Shown: positions 48,949 through 58,318 of the stretch, piece by piece | Position numbering within the stretch: position 1 is the stretch's first letter | How the letters are laid out: every line of letters begins with the position of its first letter | Source: Nitrosopumilus sp. | Lineage (GTDB): Archaea; Thermoproteota; Nitrososphaeria; Nitrososphaerales; Nitrosopumilaceae | Direction: 5' to 3' | NCBI GenBank assembly: GCA_965197525.1 | Contig: OZ240211.1 | Span: forward strand, 160,001-224,000 | Length of the DNA stretch: 64,000 nucleotides | Position numbers and translations under genes: made by a program | Notes under the pieces: model-generated | Told to the model about the DNA's origin: nothing | Database searches by the model: none | The model's input: only the letters and a program-made list of their open reading frames with translations

Positions 48949-49308
48949 GTGGTTTTGTTGCAAAAACCTTCCATTATTCAGTTATCTGAGTTTGACGTTA
49001 CACAAAAAATTATCGAATCTATTAGTAATGTTTGTACACGTTCGGTATTGTTTTCCATTAAAACCCAATCAAAGGATGCAACAAATATTGCCGACGAGTT
49101 AAACCTCTCCCTTTCCACCGTCTACAAAACTCTCTCCAATCTTGAGACTCTTGCATTAATTGAGATAGATAAATTTACCATATCTGACGAGGGCAAAAAG
49201 ATCAAACTTTACCGTAGTAGGATAAGAAAGGTCGAGATAACTCTGGATGCATTTGAGCCCGTCTTAAACCTGTACACTAACACCATAAATCCAAAATCCG
49301 ATCCTTGA
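48949..49308 (+). CDS. ArsR-like winged-helix transcription regulator (tandem paralog)
   Basis: IADELNLSLSTVYKTLSNL...GKKIKLYRSRI. Confidence 0.85.
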   Translation: MVLLQKPSIIQLSEFDVTQKIIESISNVCTRSVLFSIKTQSKDATNIADELNLSLSTVYKTLSNLETLALIEIDKFTISDEGKKIKLYRSRIRKVEITLDAFEPVLNLYTNTINPKSDP

Positions 49309-49407
49309 TTACTTTTGTTTGCATTATCAACTGGAACAGTGCCTGGTAAACTCAAAACCGAATTTTCTATTTCTGTATTTTAGTTGCGTGTTATTTAAAA
49401 ATCCCAG

Positions 49408-50436
49408 TTACGTTGTAATCTCTTTTAATTGCCCGGTTTGCATGGCGCAGTTTATCTCTCTTGCCATTCTTCTTCCCATGCTCATGGGTTCATTATACAA
49501 CAATGCATAGTAGGGCGATGAACCGTCCATGTAGATGTTTGTTCCTGCAACAATTCTTGCTGAGAATTCAAACGATGTGAATTTTGCATCTTCATCATAT
49601 ACACCTTCTATGCAGAACGGCCCATTCATACCGGGTGGTACTATACGCTTTGCGGCCTCTACAAAGTTCTCTCCCATAGAGTACACCTCATCTAGCAGAG
49701 ATTCTCTTAGAATCAGCGGACTGTTTCCAATAACGTTAAAGGATGGAACTTTGTCTGTTTTTAGCTGTTGCTCTGCTGGAATCCTTGCTAGTCCTTCGAT
49801 ATCTGACTCGTGTCTCTGATCACATCCGAAAAACTCCAACTCGTCTTTTAGCGGTGAATAAAAGAACTGTAGATATGCTAGTACACCTGCTGAGTATTCT
49901 TGAATGTATAATGGTTCATCCCTTGATATTATTCCTTTGGATATTAGCTGATCTCTTTTTGTATTGTAATCGTTTTTACTAGAGGCCATAAAATATCCTT
50001 TTCCTCCTGCAGCGCCCTGTCTTTTGACTATGACTAGTCTGTCAATGTTGTCGGGACCGTCTATCTGTTTTGGAACAGGCAACCGTGCTTTTTTCATGAG
50101 TTCTTCTTTCTTGCCTCTGTCTGCCTCCCAACGCAGAATCCATCTGTTACCGAAGATGGGCGTCTTTATGGATTCTATCTCTTCTGAATCCATCTGTGCA
50201 ATCAGCGTACCGTGTGGGATGAGAACTGCATCTCTCTCTTTGAGTACTGACTGGCACTTTTTGTCTAGTATCTCTCTGAACGAGTCTACAAGGATTAATT
50301 CGTCAATAAATGGAAATCTTTTATATAATTTTTCACGCTTTTTCTCGCATACTAGGATGGTGTTTAACCCTTCATCTTTTGCTCCTTTTAGAACCTGTAA
50401 AGCACAATGGGAGCCTAACGTTGCGACTGATGTCAT
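49408..50436 (-). CDS. purP: AICAR formyltransferase/ligase PurP (ATP-grasp)
   Basis: VATLGSHCALQV, PHGT, FEFSARIVAGTN, MSMGRRMAREI. Confidence 0.93.
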   Translation of the reverse strand: MTSVATLGSHCALQVLKGAKDEGLNTILVCEKKREKLYKRFPFIDELILVDSFREILDKKCQSVLKERDAVLIPHGTLIAQMDSEEIESIKTPIFGNRWILRWEADRGKKEELMKKARLPVPKQIDGPDNIDRLVIVKRQGAAGGKGYFMASSKNDYNTKRDQLISKGIISRDEPLYIQEYSAGVLAYLQFFYSPLKDELEFFGCDQRHESDIEGLARIPAEQQLKTDKVPSFNVIGNSPLILRESLLDEVYSMGENFVEAAKRIVPPGMNGPFCIEGVYDEDAKFTSFEFSARIVAGTNIYMDGSSPYYALLYNEPMSMGRRMAREINCAMQTGQLKEITT

Positions 50437-50468
50437 ATCTTGTTAATTTGAACTCGGTTATTTTGTAC

Positions 50469-50678
50469 TTATGAACTATGTGCAGATGTTACATATTGGA
50501 ATATCTCGTCAATTAGTTCCACGCTCAGCTCTGACTTTATGTCCTCTGGAATCACTTTTAGCACAAAACTGTACATTGTTGTATCTTTGGGGATTTGGTT
50601 GTTCTCATTTAGTAATGAAAATACTGCAATACCGTTTGCAATTATTGCTATTATTTTATCTCTGTCAGATAGGGCCAT
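50469..50678 (-). CDS. Small hypothetical protein
   Basis: 69-aa ORF upstream of purP, same strand. Confidence 0.7.
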   Translation of the reverse strand: MALSDRDKIIAIIANGIAVFSLLNENNQIPKDTTMYSFVLKVIPEDIKSELSVELIDEIFQYVTSAHSS

Positions 50679-50811
50679 GATGATGAATGCTAATTATTAT
50701 GTTATTTTCTTGTTTTTATATAAATTTGATTTGACGTCAATACATCATATGATGGTATCTTGATGTGGAAGGTTCTGTTGGGCTAACGGGTGTTGACTGC
50801 TGAGGATCATG

Positions 50812-52023
50812 TCAGATTCCACAACCATCAACAACACATTGACTACTCGACTTTGACATATCGACTATTCGGATTACCGGTCTGCAGGGTTCCGCCATCG
50901 CCGGTTCAAAAACACCGGACTGCGCTTCATGTATGCCATCTCTACTATCTCTAAACCTAGGAGACAGTTTGCGTGATATGTTCATGGCAGCGATGATATC
51001 CCTGTCCATAAACAAACCGCAATTATTACACGATGATTTACGATGTTGTTGCATGTCCTCTTGGAGTCTCTTTCCGCATTGCGGACACTGCGTGCTCGTG
51101 TTTTTTGGGTCTACTGTTTTTACAGGTAGCCCGACCCATTGGGCTTTGTATTCTATTTGTCTTTGTAGTTCAAAGAATTGCCATCCGTTCAATCTACGTC
51201 TGTATTTGTCGCCTTGACCGTTTCCTTTTCCGTACAGTTTTCTAATTCCCTTTAGATTTTCTAGAACAATGACAGCCTTTTTCTTGACTGCATTGTCTAC
51301 TATGTTTTTTGAGATTCTGTGTATGTACTGTTTTGTTCTGTTTGACATTCTTCTCTGTTTTTCTTTGTAGAATTGACCTTTCTTTCTTTTGTCGTTTCTA
51401 CGGAAACTGGATCTGGCATGTATTGTGTTCTCTTTGATTGAGAGTAACTTGTTGGTTTTGTAGAATGTTACCTCTTCTTCATTTCCGCATGTGACGTTTC
51501 TAAGGTTTCTGTCTACTCCTACTGTCTTGGCGCACTCTATCTCCTGTACTTTTTTTGAAATACAAAGACTGATGTTGAGAGCAGTCAATGAAAACGAGCG
51601 CACTGCCAAGGCGGGATCCGACAGTATTTTTTGAGTATGTTCGTTGAGTAGGATGTTAATTGGATTTCTTGGCTTGTATGGAATTGTGAGTAAGGCGCCG
51701 TTGTGTTTTATACGGTAACAATTAGTGATAAACGGATTTTTGATAATTGGATCTTTTACTTTGAGGCCACGTTTGACTGACTGATCTCTGTTTGCCAGGA
51801 TGCCAGCAGCTCGTGATATTGCATTGAGTTTGTATGAAGATAGGATGTCGTAGTGACGTAATTCGTGATAGCATAACATAGACAACCGTTTCATGTTGTG
51901 GGTATCTTCCTTTAGCCCTATCTTGATACAACGGTTAACCATGTCTGTGAACGTGATCATCATGTCCATTAGGTCAGAGTTTGGTGTATGTTTTTGTGCT
52001 ATTGACTTTATTGCTCTCAACAA
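50812..52023 (-). CDS. tnpB: RNA-guided endonuclease TnpB
   Basis: Nearly identical to copies 3 and 4; catalytic D-E-D intact. Confidence 0.95.
   Translation of the reverse strand: MLRAIKSIAQKHTPNSDLMDMMITFTDMVNRCIKIGLKEDTHNMKRLSMLCYHELRHYDILSSYKLNAISRAAGILANRDQSVKRGLKVKDPIIKNPFITNCYRIKHNGALLTIPYKPRNPINILLNEHTQKILSDPALAVRSFSLTALNISLCISKKVQEIECAKTVGVDRNLRNVTCGNEEEVTFYKTNKLLSIKENTIHARSSFRRNDKRKKGQFYKEKQRRMSNRTKQYIHRISKNIVDNAVKKKAVIVLENLKGIRKLYGKGNGQGDKYRRRLNGWQFFELQRQIEYKAQWVGLPVKTVDPKNTSTQCPQCGKRLQEDMQQHRKSSCNNCGLFMDRDIIAAMNISRKLSPRFRDSRDGIHEAQSGVFEPAMAEPCRPVIRIVDMSKSSSQCVVDGCGI
50849..50967 (-). ncRNA. Predicted omega-RNA scaffold (copy 5)
   Basis: Matches the copy 3 scaffold. Confidence 0.68.
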
Positions 52024-52057
52024 GTATTATACGGTTTAAGGCTATCTATATTTAGTG

Positions 52058-52276
52058 TTATGAGTATAATTTCTGATCAACACCCGTTAACCCAACAGAA
52101 CCATATGGAATATACATTAAATATGCATCATTGCTCAATGTCTCTAACTCTATGATCGTCGATGAGTGTCCCTTTATTTCGTCTGTCTCTTGTGATTGTT
52201 CCAGTGATACATGGTATCCAACATATGCACCGGTGATGATAAACGTCGTAATCACAAGACCAATTAACAGATTCAT
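52058..52276 (-). CDS. Small membrane-anchored protein; C-terminus replaced by TIR sequence
   Basis: N-terminal TM; reads ...YIPY then GSVGLTGVDQ from the TIR; the empty site would give ...YIPYQDTII*. Confidence 0.55.
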   Translation of the reverse strand: MNLLIGLVITTFIITGAYVGYHVSLEQSQETDEIKGHSSTIIELETLSNDAYLMYIPYGSVGLTGVDQKLYS

Positions 52277-52436
52277 CGCTTTTGTGCAAGTTTGACTGCC
52301 TATAAATATTATGAAATTTTTTATAAAGTTCGATCAGTCGTATTACACTAGTGTATTGACATCTGAGTTACCACCTGCATTGTTGTTAGAGCAGTTATTA
52401 TGTCTGGTTTGTTAGATTTAATAATTACTTTTAACC

Positions 52437-55025
52437 TTGTTTTATAGGTTGAATTCCAAGATAGTTATCCCTGCTATAGTTATATCTATAGGCATTGCAA
52501 TCTTGATAGGTTTTACTTTAACACCTGATGATTCTGATGATATTGTTGATGTCATTCCTGTAGTTGCTCCTGTAGTAGATGATACAGATGATATCTTTGA
52601 GAGTTACGAGTCTCAAGTTCAGCAAATAGTTCAAGATACTGTTCTCCTGTATATGGAAGACCCAGAAAATGCGTTTGATATCATTACGGCACAATCAGCA
52701 ACACTTGATGGTCCAATTTATCCATTTGTTACAGCTGATGGCACATTTGAACTCGTAGCTCATGGTGCAAACCCTGACGCAGTTGGACTATACTCACCTG
52801 ATCTCATAACTACGATTCGTTCTCCTGATGAAATTATTGATGACTTGCACACTAATGGTAGCACTTGGATAGAATATGTGTTTTTGAATCCTTCTTCGAG
52901 TGAGGATGATCTTAAACGTGTGTGGTTAACATTGTACGACGGATACATCTTTGGAGCAGGCTATTATACTTATGATGAGGAGATCCGTCAGACAGTCAAG
53001 GATGCTATTTTACTGTATGTAGATGATAAAGACAATGCATTTGATACCATTACATCTCAAGCCGAAACACTTGATAGTCCTCTTTATCCATTTGTCCTAT
53101 CTGGCGATGGCACGTTTGAGATTCTTGCTCACGGCGCAAACACTGATCTCATAGGTGTGTCGGCCACTGATCTTATAACTCCTAATCTTTCATTTGATGA
53201 GATCTTGGTAAAATTAAATGATGATGATGATGATGGTTATAACAGTGACGGCGTGTGGGTAGAGTACGTATTTGAAAACCCTGAGACTGGAACAGACCAG
53301 TCAAAACATACATGGTGGTATCTTTATGACGGTTATATCTTTGTGTCAGGATACTATGATGGCGGTGACGATTATGATAGTGGTGTCCCATTTGTAGACT
53401 ATGAAACACGAGTCAAGGGTATAGTTGATGGTGTCATTGCTCTGTATATGGAAGATAAAGACAACGCATTTGATATCATTACAGCACAGTCAGCAACACT
53501 AGACGGTCCGCTTTATCCATTTGTATTATCTGGTGATGGTGCTTATACCGTTGTTGCCCATGGCGCAAACCCTGCTGCTCTAGGACGTGATATACCTCAT
53601 GTGCTAGCAGTTACTAGGACTAGTGATGCCATACTTGAAGACTTGCGTGCTAATGGCAGCACCTGGGTTAAGTATCCATACACAAATCCTGCATCTGGCG
53701 TAAAAGAGATAAAGAGTTCATGGCTGGTGTTGCATGATGGCTATATCTTTGGAATCGGTTACTATACCAGTGATAGGGAGACTCACAGAATAGTCAAAGA
53801 CGCTATCTTGATGTATATAGATGATAAAGAAGGCGCATTTGATACCATTACGGCACAGGCTGAAACACTAGATAGTTCCTTTTATCCATTTGTCTCATCT
53901 GGCGATGGCACGTTTGAGATTCTTGCTCATGGAGCAAATCCTAATCTTGTGGGCGTCTCTTCCCTTGATATCATAGATCCTACTCCTTCCTTTGATCAGA
54001 TTCTAGTAGAATTAAACGATGATGCAGATAATGACGGTTATAACAGTGAGGGTGCTCTAGTAGAGTACGTGTTTGAGAATCCCGAGACAGGTATGGATCA
54101 GACCAAGTACGTATGGATTTATCTTTATGATGGCTACATCTTTGGATCCGGGTATTATAGTGGTGACAGCGATGACGACGACTCGACTATGGGGAAAGAC
54201 ACTACTAAAACTAGTCCTGTGCGCAATGATGGCGATCGTCATGATGAGATCTTTGAGAGTTACGCATCCCAAGCCCAAAGAGTAGTCGAGGATGTTGTTG
54301 GCTTGTACAAGACAAATAGTGGTGGTGATGTATTTGATATAATTAATTCACAATCTGTAACATATGATAGTTCTCTGTACCCGGTTGTTCTATCTGGTGA
54401 TACGTTTGAGATTCTTGCCCATGGCGGAAACCCTGATCGTGTAGGGCCACGGGCATCAGACTCGATAGTTGCTAGCATAACTAGCGATGAGATCCTCGAT
54501 GACCTAAACGCCGACGGTACTGCCTGGTTGACATATGACTTTGTGAATCCTGCAACTGGAGCCGAAAGTACCAAACGTGTGTGGTTATCAGTATATGATG
54601 ACTATATCTTTCTGGTAAGTTATTCTGTTGTTGATGAGGAGATACGTCAAACAGTCAAAGATGCTATCTTGTTGTATATCGATGACAAAGACAATGCATT
54701 TTACGCCATTACATCACAGGCTACAACACTTGATAGTTCCGTCTTTCCATTTGTCCTATCTAATGATGACATGTTTGAAATTCTTACTAATGGCGCCTAC
54801 CCTGGCCTTGTTGGAGTATCTGCAACTGAGCTTATTACACCTAATCCCTCTTTTGATCAGATTTTAGAAGAATTGCACAACGATGTCCCTGGTAACCCGA
54901 CAGATGATGGTGCTTGGGTCGAATACATATACGAAAATCCTGAAACTGAAACAGACCAATCTAAACGTGCATGGTGGTATCTCTATGATGGTTATGTATT
55001 TGGTTCTGGATATTACTCTCCATGA
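52437..55025 (+). CDS. Membrane-anchored protein with six tandem single-Cache-like domains
   Basis: N-terminal TM; six repeats of YPFV..G.FE(I/L).AHG.NP...W(V/I)EY.F.NP....K..W..LYDGYIFG.GYY. Confidence 0.8.
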   Translation: MFYRLNSKIVIPAIVISIGIAILIGFTLTPDDSDDIVDVIPVVAPVVDDTDDIFESYESQVQQIVQDTVLLYMEDPENAFDIITAQSATLDGPIYPFVTADGTFELVAHGANPDAVGLYSPDLITTIRSPDEIIDDLHTNGSTWIEYVFLNPSSSEDDLKRVWLTLYDGYIFGAGYYTYDEEIRQTVKDAILLYVDDKDNAFDTITSQAETLDSPLYPFVLSGDGTFEILAHGANTDLIGVSATDLITPNLSFDEILVKLNDDDDDGYNSDGVWVEYVFENPETGTDQSKHTWWYLYDGYIFVSGYYDGGDDYDSGVPFVDYETRVKGIVDGVIALYMEDKDNAFDIITAQSATLDGPLYPFVLSGDGAYTVVAHGANPAALGRDIPHVLAVTRTSDAILEDLRANGSTWVKYPYTNPASGVKEIKSSWLVLHDGYIFGIGYYTSDRETHRIVKDAILMYIDDKEGAFDTITAQAETLDSSFYPFVSSGDGTFEILAHGANPNLVGVSSLDIIDPTPSFDQILVELNDDADNDGYNSEGALVEYVFENPETGMDQTKYVWIYLYDGYIFGSGYYSGDSDDDDSTMGKDTTKTSPVRNDGDRHDEIFESYASQAQRVVEDVVGLYKTNSGGDVFDIINSQSVTYDSSLYPVVLSGDTFEILAHGGNPDRVGPRASDSIVASITSDEILDDLNADGTAWLTYDFVNPATGAESTKRVWLSVYDDYIFLVSYSVVDEEIRQTVKDAILLYIDDKDNAFYAITSQATTLDSSVFPFVLSNDDMFEILTNGAYPGLVGVSATELITPNPSFDQILEELHNDVPGNPTDDGAWVEYIYENPETETDQSKRAWWYLYDGYVFGSGYYSP

Positions 55026-55235
55026 ACCTAACTTGACAACTAGTTGAAAACAGTTGTAGATTTAGTAGTGTAACAGGCACGTCCTTCTCTAATCGTGTCT
55101 CGAATTATCCCAAATCCCTCCAAACAATCGATAAACTATACCTGAAAACTATTTTACACGTCTAAATGCAGAGTATTTGCTAAAAATTTCTTCAAAAACA
55201 AAAGGATTAAACCATGATTACCAGTCAATTACACT

Positions 55236-56552
55236 ATGATTCAAACCGAACTAGGAACTTTACGTAGATCGCATTATTCAAGTGATATTGCCCCCTCAAT
55301 GGATGGCACCCTAGTCACTGTCATGGGATGGGTTCTGAGTATTCGTGGACATGGAAACATCAGCTTTGCCACCATTCGTGATAAAGACGGAGACATCTCA
55401 GTTGTAGCCAAGAAAGGCGATTGCCCAGATGATATACGTAACGCTATATCTTCTCTGAAATCACATTCCTCCATTGCAGTTACTGGTACTGTAAAATCAT
55501 CTGAGAAGGCGCCTAGCGGCTTTGAGATAATACCCACACAGTTACGAATATTCTCAAATGTTACCAAAATACCTCCATTTGAACCCACAGTAAAGACTGT
55601 AAAGAACATCGATACTAGATTGGAGGTCAGACCAATTGATCTTAGACGTGATACACTACAACACGTCTTTAAGATTAGAAGCCATGTTCTAAGAGATATT
55701 AGGGATTATTTTACTTCTCAAAACTTTGTAGAGATCAACACCCCCAAGATGATATCAACTGCCACTGAAGGCGGTGCTGCACTGTTTCCAATATTCTATT
55801 ATAACAAGTCGGCATTCCTTGCACAAAGTCCGCAATTATACAAAGAGCAGCTGACTATGAGTTTTGAGAAGGTATTTGAGATTGCCCCTATCTTTAGAGC
55901 AGAGCCATCTAGAACAAACCGTCATCTAGCTGAGGCAATATCCATTGATTTTGAAGAAGCATTTATCGATTATAACGATGTAATGAATAGAATAGAGGAG
56001 ATCATAAAAATTTCAATACACACAGTTCTAGATTATCTCAAAGAGAATCCCGAGATTGAATTCATGCGTCCTCCGTCAGTCATATCTGATGGCATTCCTA
56101 GATATTCATACAATGATCTAATAGAACAGATGCGGCAGGCAGACGTCAAGACGCAATGGGGCGATGATCTGTATCCGTCAAACCTCAAAAAGATAGGCCT
56201 GCAAGGATTCTATTTTATAAAAGATTGGCCACTTGGACCAAAACCGTTTTACGTAAAAGATAGCGCAAACGATCCAAAGATATCTGAATCATTTGATTTA
56301 ATGTACGGCGATCTAGAACTGTCTTCTGGTAGCACCAGAATTGAGAAACGTCATGAGTTGGCTCTGCGAATGAAGAACAAGGGAATGAACTCTGATGATT
56401 TCAAGTATCATTTGGATGCATTTGACTATGGTGTTCCTCCACACGCTGGCTGTGGCATAGGTCTTGAACGACTAATCATGGCACTTACAGGCACTGAAAA
56501 TATCCGTGATACTACTTTTTATCCTAGGGATATTGATAGGTTGACACCATAG
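55236..56552 (+). CDS. aspS: Aspartyl-tRNA synthetase, probably non-discriminating (tRNA-Asp/Asn)
   Basis: LAQSPQLYK, FRAE, PPHAGCGIGLERL; KAP proline in the anticodon-binding loop; cotranscribed with gatCAB. Confidence 0.96.
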   Translation: MIQTELGTLRRSHYSSDIAPSMDGTLVTVMGWVLSIRGHGNISFATIRDKDGDISVVAKKGDCPDDIRNAISSLKSHSSIAVTGTVKSSEKAPSGFEIIPTQLRIFSNVTKIPPFEPTVKTVKNIDTRLEVRPIDLRRDTLQHVFKIRSHVLRDIRDYFTSQNFVEINTPKMISTATEGGAALFPIFYYNKSAFLAQSPQLYKEQLTMSFEKVFEIAPIFRAEPSRTNRHLAEAISIDFEEAFIDYNDVMNRIEEIIKISIHTVLDYLKENPEIEFMRPPSVISDGIPRYSYNDLIEQMRQADVKTQWGDDLYPSNLKKIGLQGFYFIKDWPLGPKPFYVKDSANDPKISESFDLMYGDLELSSGSTRIEKRHELALRMKNKGMNSDDFKYHLDAFDYGVPPHAGCGIGLERLIMALTGTENIRDTTFYPRDIDRLTP

Positions 56553-56843
56553 GTGATGATGTATGAGATGACTGTTACTTTGGGCGAGATAGAGCATATA
56601 TGTAAATTGATGAAGATTGATATTAATGATGATCATATGCAGTATGTCAAGCAGATCGATGCAATGATTGATTATTTCAACATCTTGGATTCTGCAGGCG
56701 TTGATTCAGAAGACATTGTAATGCCTGAACTACCTTTGGTGAATTTACGCGATGATGTTCATGCGCCATTTAATGATAAATTGATTGAAAGACTAAAACA
56801 CTACAAAGGAACCAATATTCGTGCACCAAAGATGTCCTCATGA
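56553..56843 (+). CDS. gatC: Asp-tRNA(Asn)/Glu-tRNA(Gln) amidotransferase subunit C
   Basis: Position before gatA; LRDD...IRAPK pattern. Confidence 0.85.
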   Translation: MMMYEMTVTLGEIEHICKLMKIDINDDHMQYVKQIDAMIDYFNILDSAGVDSEDIVMPELPLVNLRDDVHAPFNDKLIERLKHYKGTNIRAPKMSS

Positions 56844-58318
56844 ACCTCAATGTATCTGCTCTTGAATTTGTCCAAGAAGCCAAGTTAGGAAACATATCAG
56901 TTGAGGATTTTGTTGCAGAAACGGTTCAGAGAATTCAGAATGTGGATGATACACTACATGCATTTTTGTCTCTGAATGACGACGCAATTAACCAAGCTCA
57001 AAGTATTGATAGAAAGATAAGATCTGGACAAAACGTAGGTGCTTGTTTTGGCATGCCTGTCTCCATTAAAGATAATATATGCATTAAAGATTCTAAAACT
57101 ACATGTGCCTCTCGTATGTTAGAGGATTTTGTTGCGCCATATGACGCTACAGTGATAACCAAGTTAAAAGACAATGACGCTGTATTTGTTGGCAAGACAA
57201 ACATGGACGAGTTTGCCATGGGAATAAGCACCGAGTTTAGCGCATTTGGTCCAAGCAAAAATCCTTGGAATCCAAAATACGTTCCTGGCGGTTCATCAGG
57301 CGGAAGTGCAGTATCTGTTGCTGCATTAGAGTGTGTTGCGTCATTGGGTTCTGATACCGGTGGTTCTGTTAGGAACCCTGCAAGTTTTTGCTCTGTGGTA
57401 GGATACAAACCAACATACGGCTTGATAAGCAGGTACGGGTTGATATCATACGCTAACAGCATTGAGCAGATAGGTCCCATTACTCGAACAGTAAAAGACG
57501 CTGCATTTTTGTTAAATATTATATCAGGTTTGGACTCTAATGACGATACCACTGCTGTGTGCCGTAGTCGTGATAAAGATGGTGGTACCGGTAATACGTC
57601 TCATGATTACCTGTCAGGAATTGACTATGATATTACAGGCACAAAAATAGGCATAATTTCTGATATGATGGGTGATGGAATAGACCCTTCAGTACTATCT
57701 GCAACACGAGATGCCATATCAGCGTTAGAAGGGCTGGGCGCTGTATGCCAAGAGATATCCTTTGATATGATAAAATACTCAGTAGCTGCTTACTATATCA
57801 TTACTTCAACTGAGGCCGGAAGCAACCTTGCTAGATACGACAATATTAGATACGGTTATGATCTGTCTCTAGAGGGCTACGAGTTTAACTCTTACATTAC
57901 AAAGGCTAGGGCAAAATTTGGAGACGAAGTTACAAGACGAATAATTCTTGGAGGATTTGTACCATCAGCAGGACATGCAGGAAGATATTTTTTAAAAGCA
58001 CTCAAGGTAAAACAAAAGCTTACAGAAGAGGTAAATCAAGCATTCAAGAATTTTGATATATTAATTGCACCAACTGTCCCTATACTGCCATTCCAACTAG
58101 GTGAAAAGATAGACGATCCACTATCCTTGTTTTTACTTGATATTAATACCGTAACTGCAAATCTTACCGGCAAGCCATCAATATCTGTGCCATATACACA
58201 TTCAAATGGTCTGCCAATAGGCATTCAATTGATTGCTGATTCTATGCAAGACAAGATGTTACTCCAAGTTGCAAATGCATTAGAGGGAACAACAAAATTA
58301 CCAGAGGTCCCGCTATGA
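56840..58318 (+). CDS. gatA: Amidotransferase subunit A
   Basis: SIKDN, GKTNMDEFAMG, PGGSSGGSA, GSDTGGSVR amidase signature. Confidence 0.96.
   Translation: MNLNVSALEFVQEAKLGNISVEDFVAETVQRIQNVDDTLHAFLSLNDDAINQAQSIDRKIRSGQNVGACFGMPVSIKDNICIKDSKTTCASRMLEDFVAPYDATVITKLKDNDAVFVGKTNMDEFAMGISTEFSAFGPSKNPWNPKYVPGGSSGGSAVSVAALECVASLGSDTGGSVRNPASFCSVVGYKPTYGLISRYGLISYANSIEQIGPITRTVKDAAFLLNIISGLDSNDDTTAVCRSRDKDGGTGNTSHDYLSGIDYDITGTKIGIISDMMGDGIDPSVLSATRDAISALEGLGAVCQEISFDMIKYSVAAYYIITSTEAGSNLARYDNIRYGYDLSLEGYEFNSYITKARAKFGDEVTRRIILGGFVPSAGHAGRYFLKALKVKQKLTEEVNQAFKNFDILIAPTVPILPFQLGEKIDDPLSLFLLDINTVTANLTGKPSISVPYTHSNGLPIGIQLIADSMQDKMLLQVANALEGTTKLPEVPL

Larger units (their letters stand above)
50771..52102 (-). 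mobile_element. TnpB-only element, TIR family C (copy 5, inverted)
   Basis: 26-bp TIRs (25/26) at 50771-50796 and 52077-52102; TSD ATGTGGAA (50763-70) / ATATGGAA (52103-10), 7/8. Confidence 0.92.

Noticed and set aside
4998-51931. Recurrent short ORFs within tnpB copies (e.g. MPSLLSLNLGDS..., MYQDRAKGRYPQ..., MIYDVVACPLG...)
   Set aside because: They recur only because the element is repeated, and they are broken or shifted between families.
4081-52102. Reading the tnpB copies as ordinary IS200/IS605 (IS1341-type) or IS607 elements
   Set aside because: No Y1 or serine tnpA in the window; the boundaries are true TIRs with 8-bp duplications, and the left flanks share no TAM-like motif.
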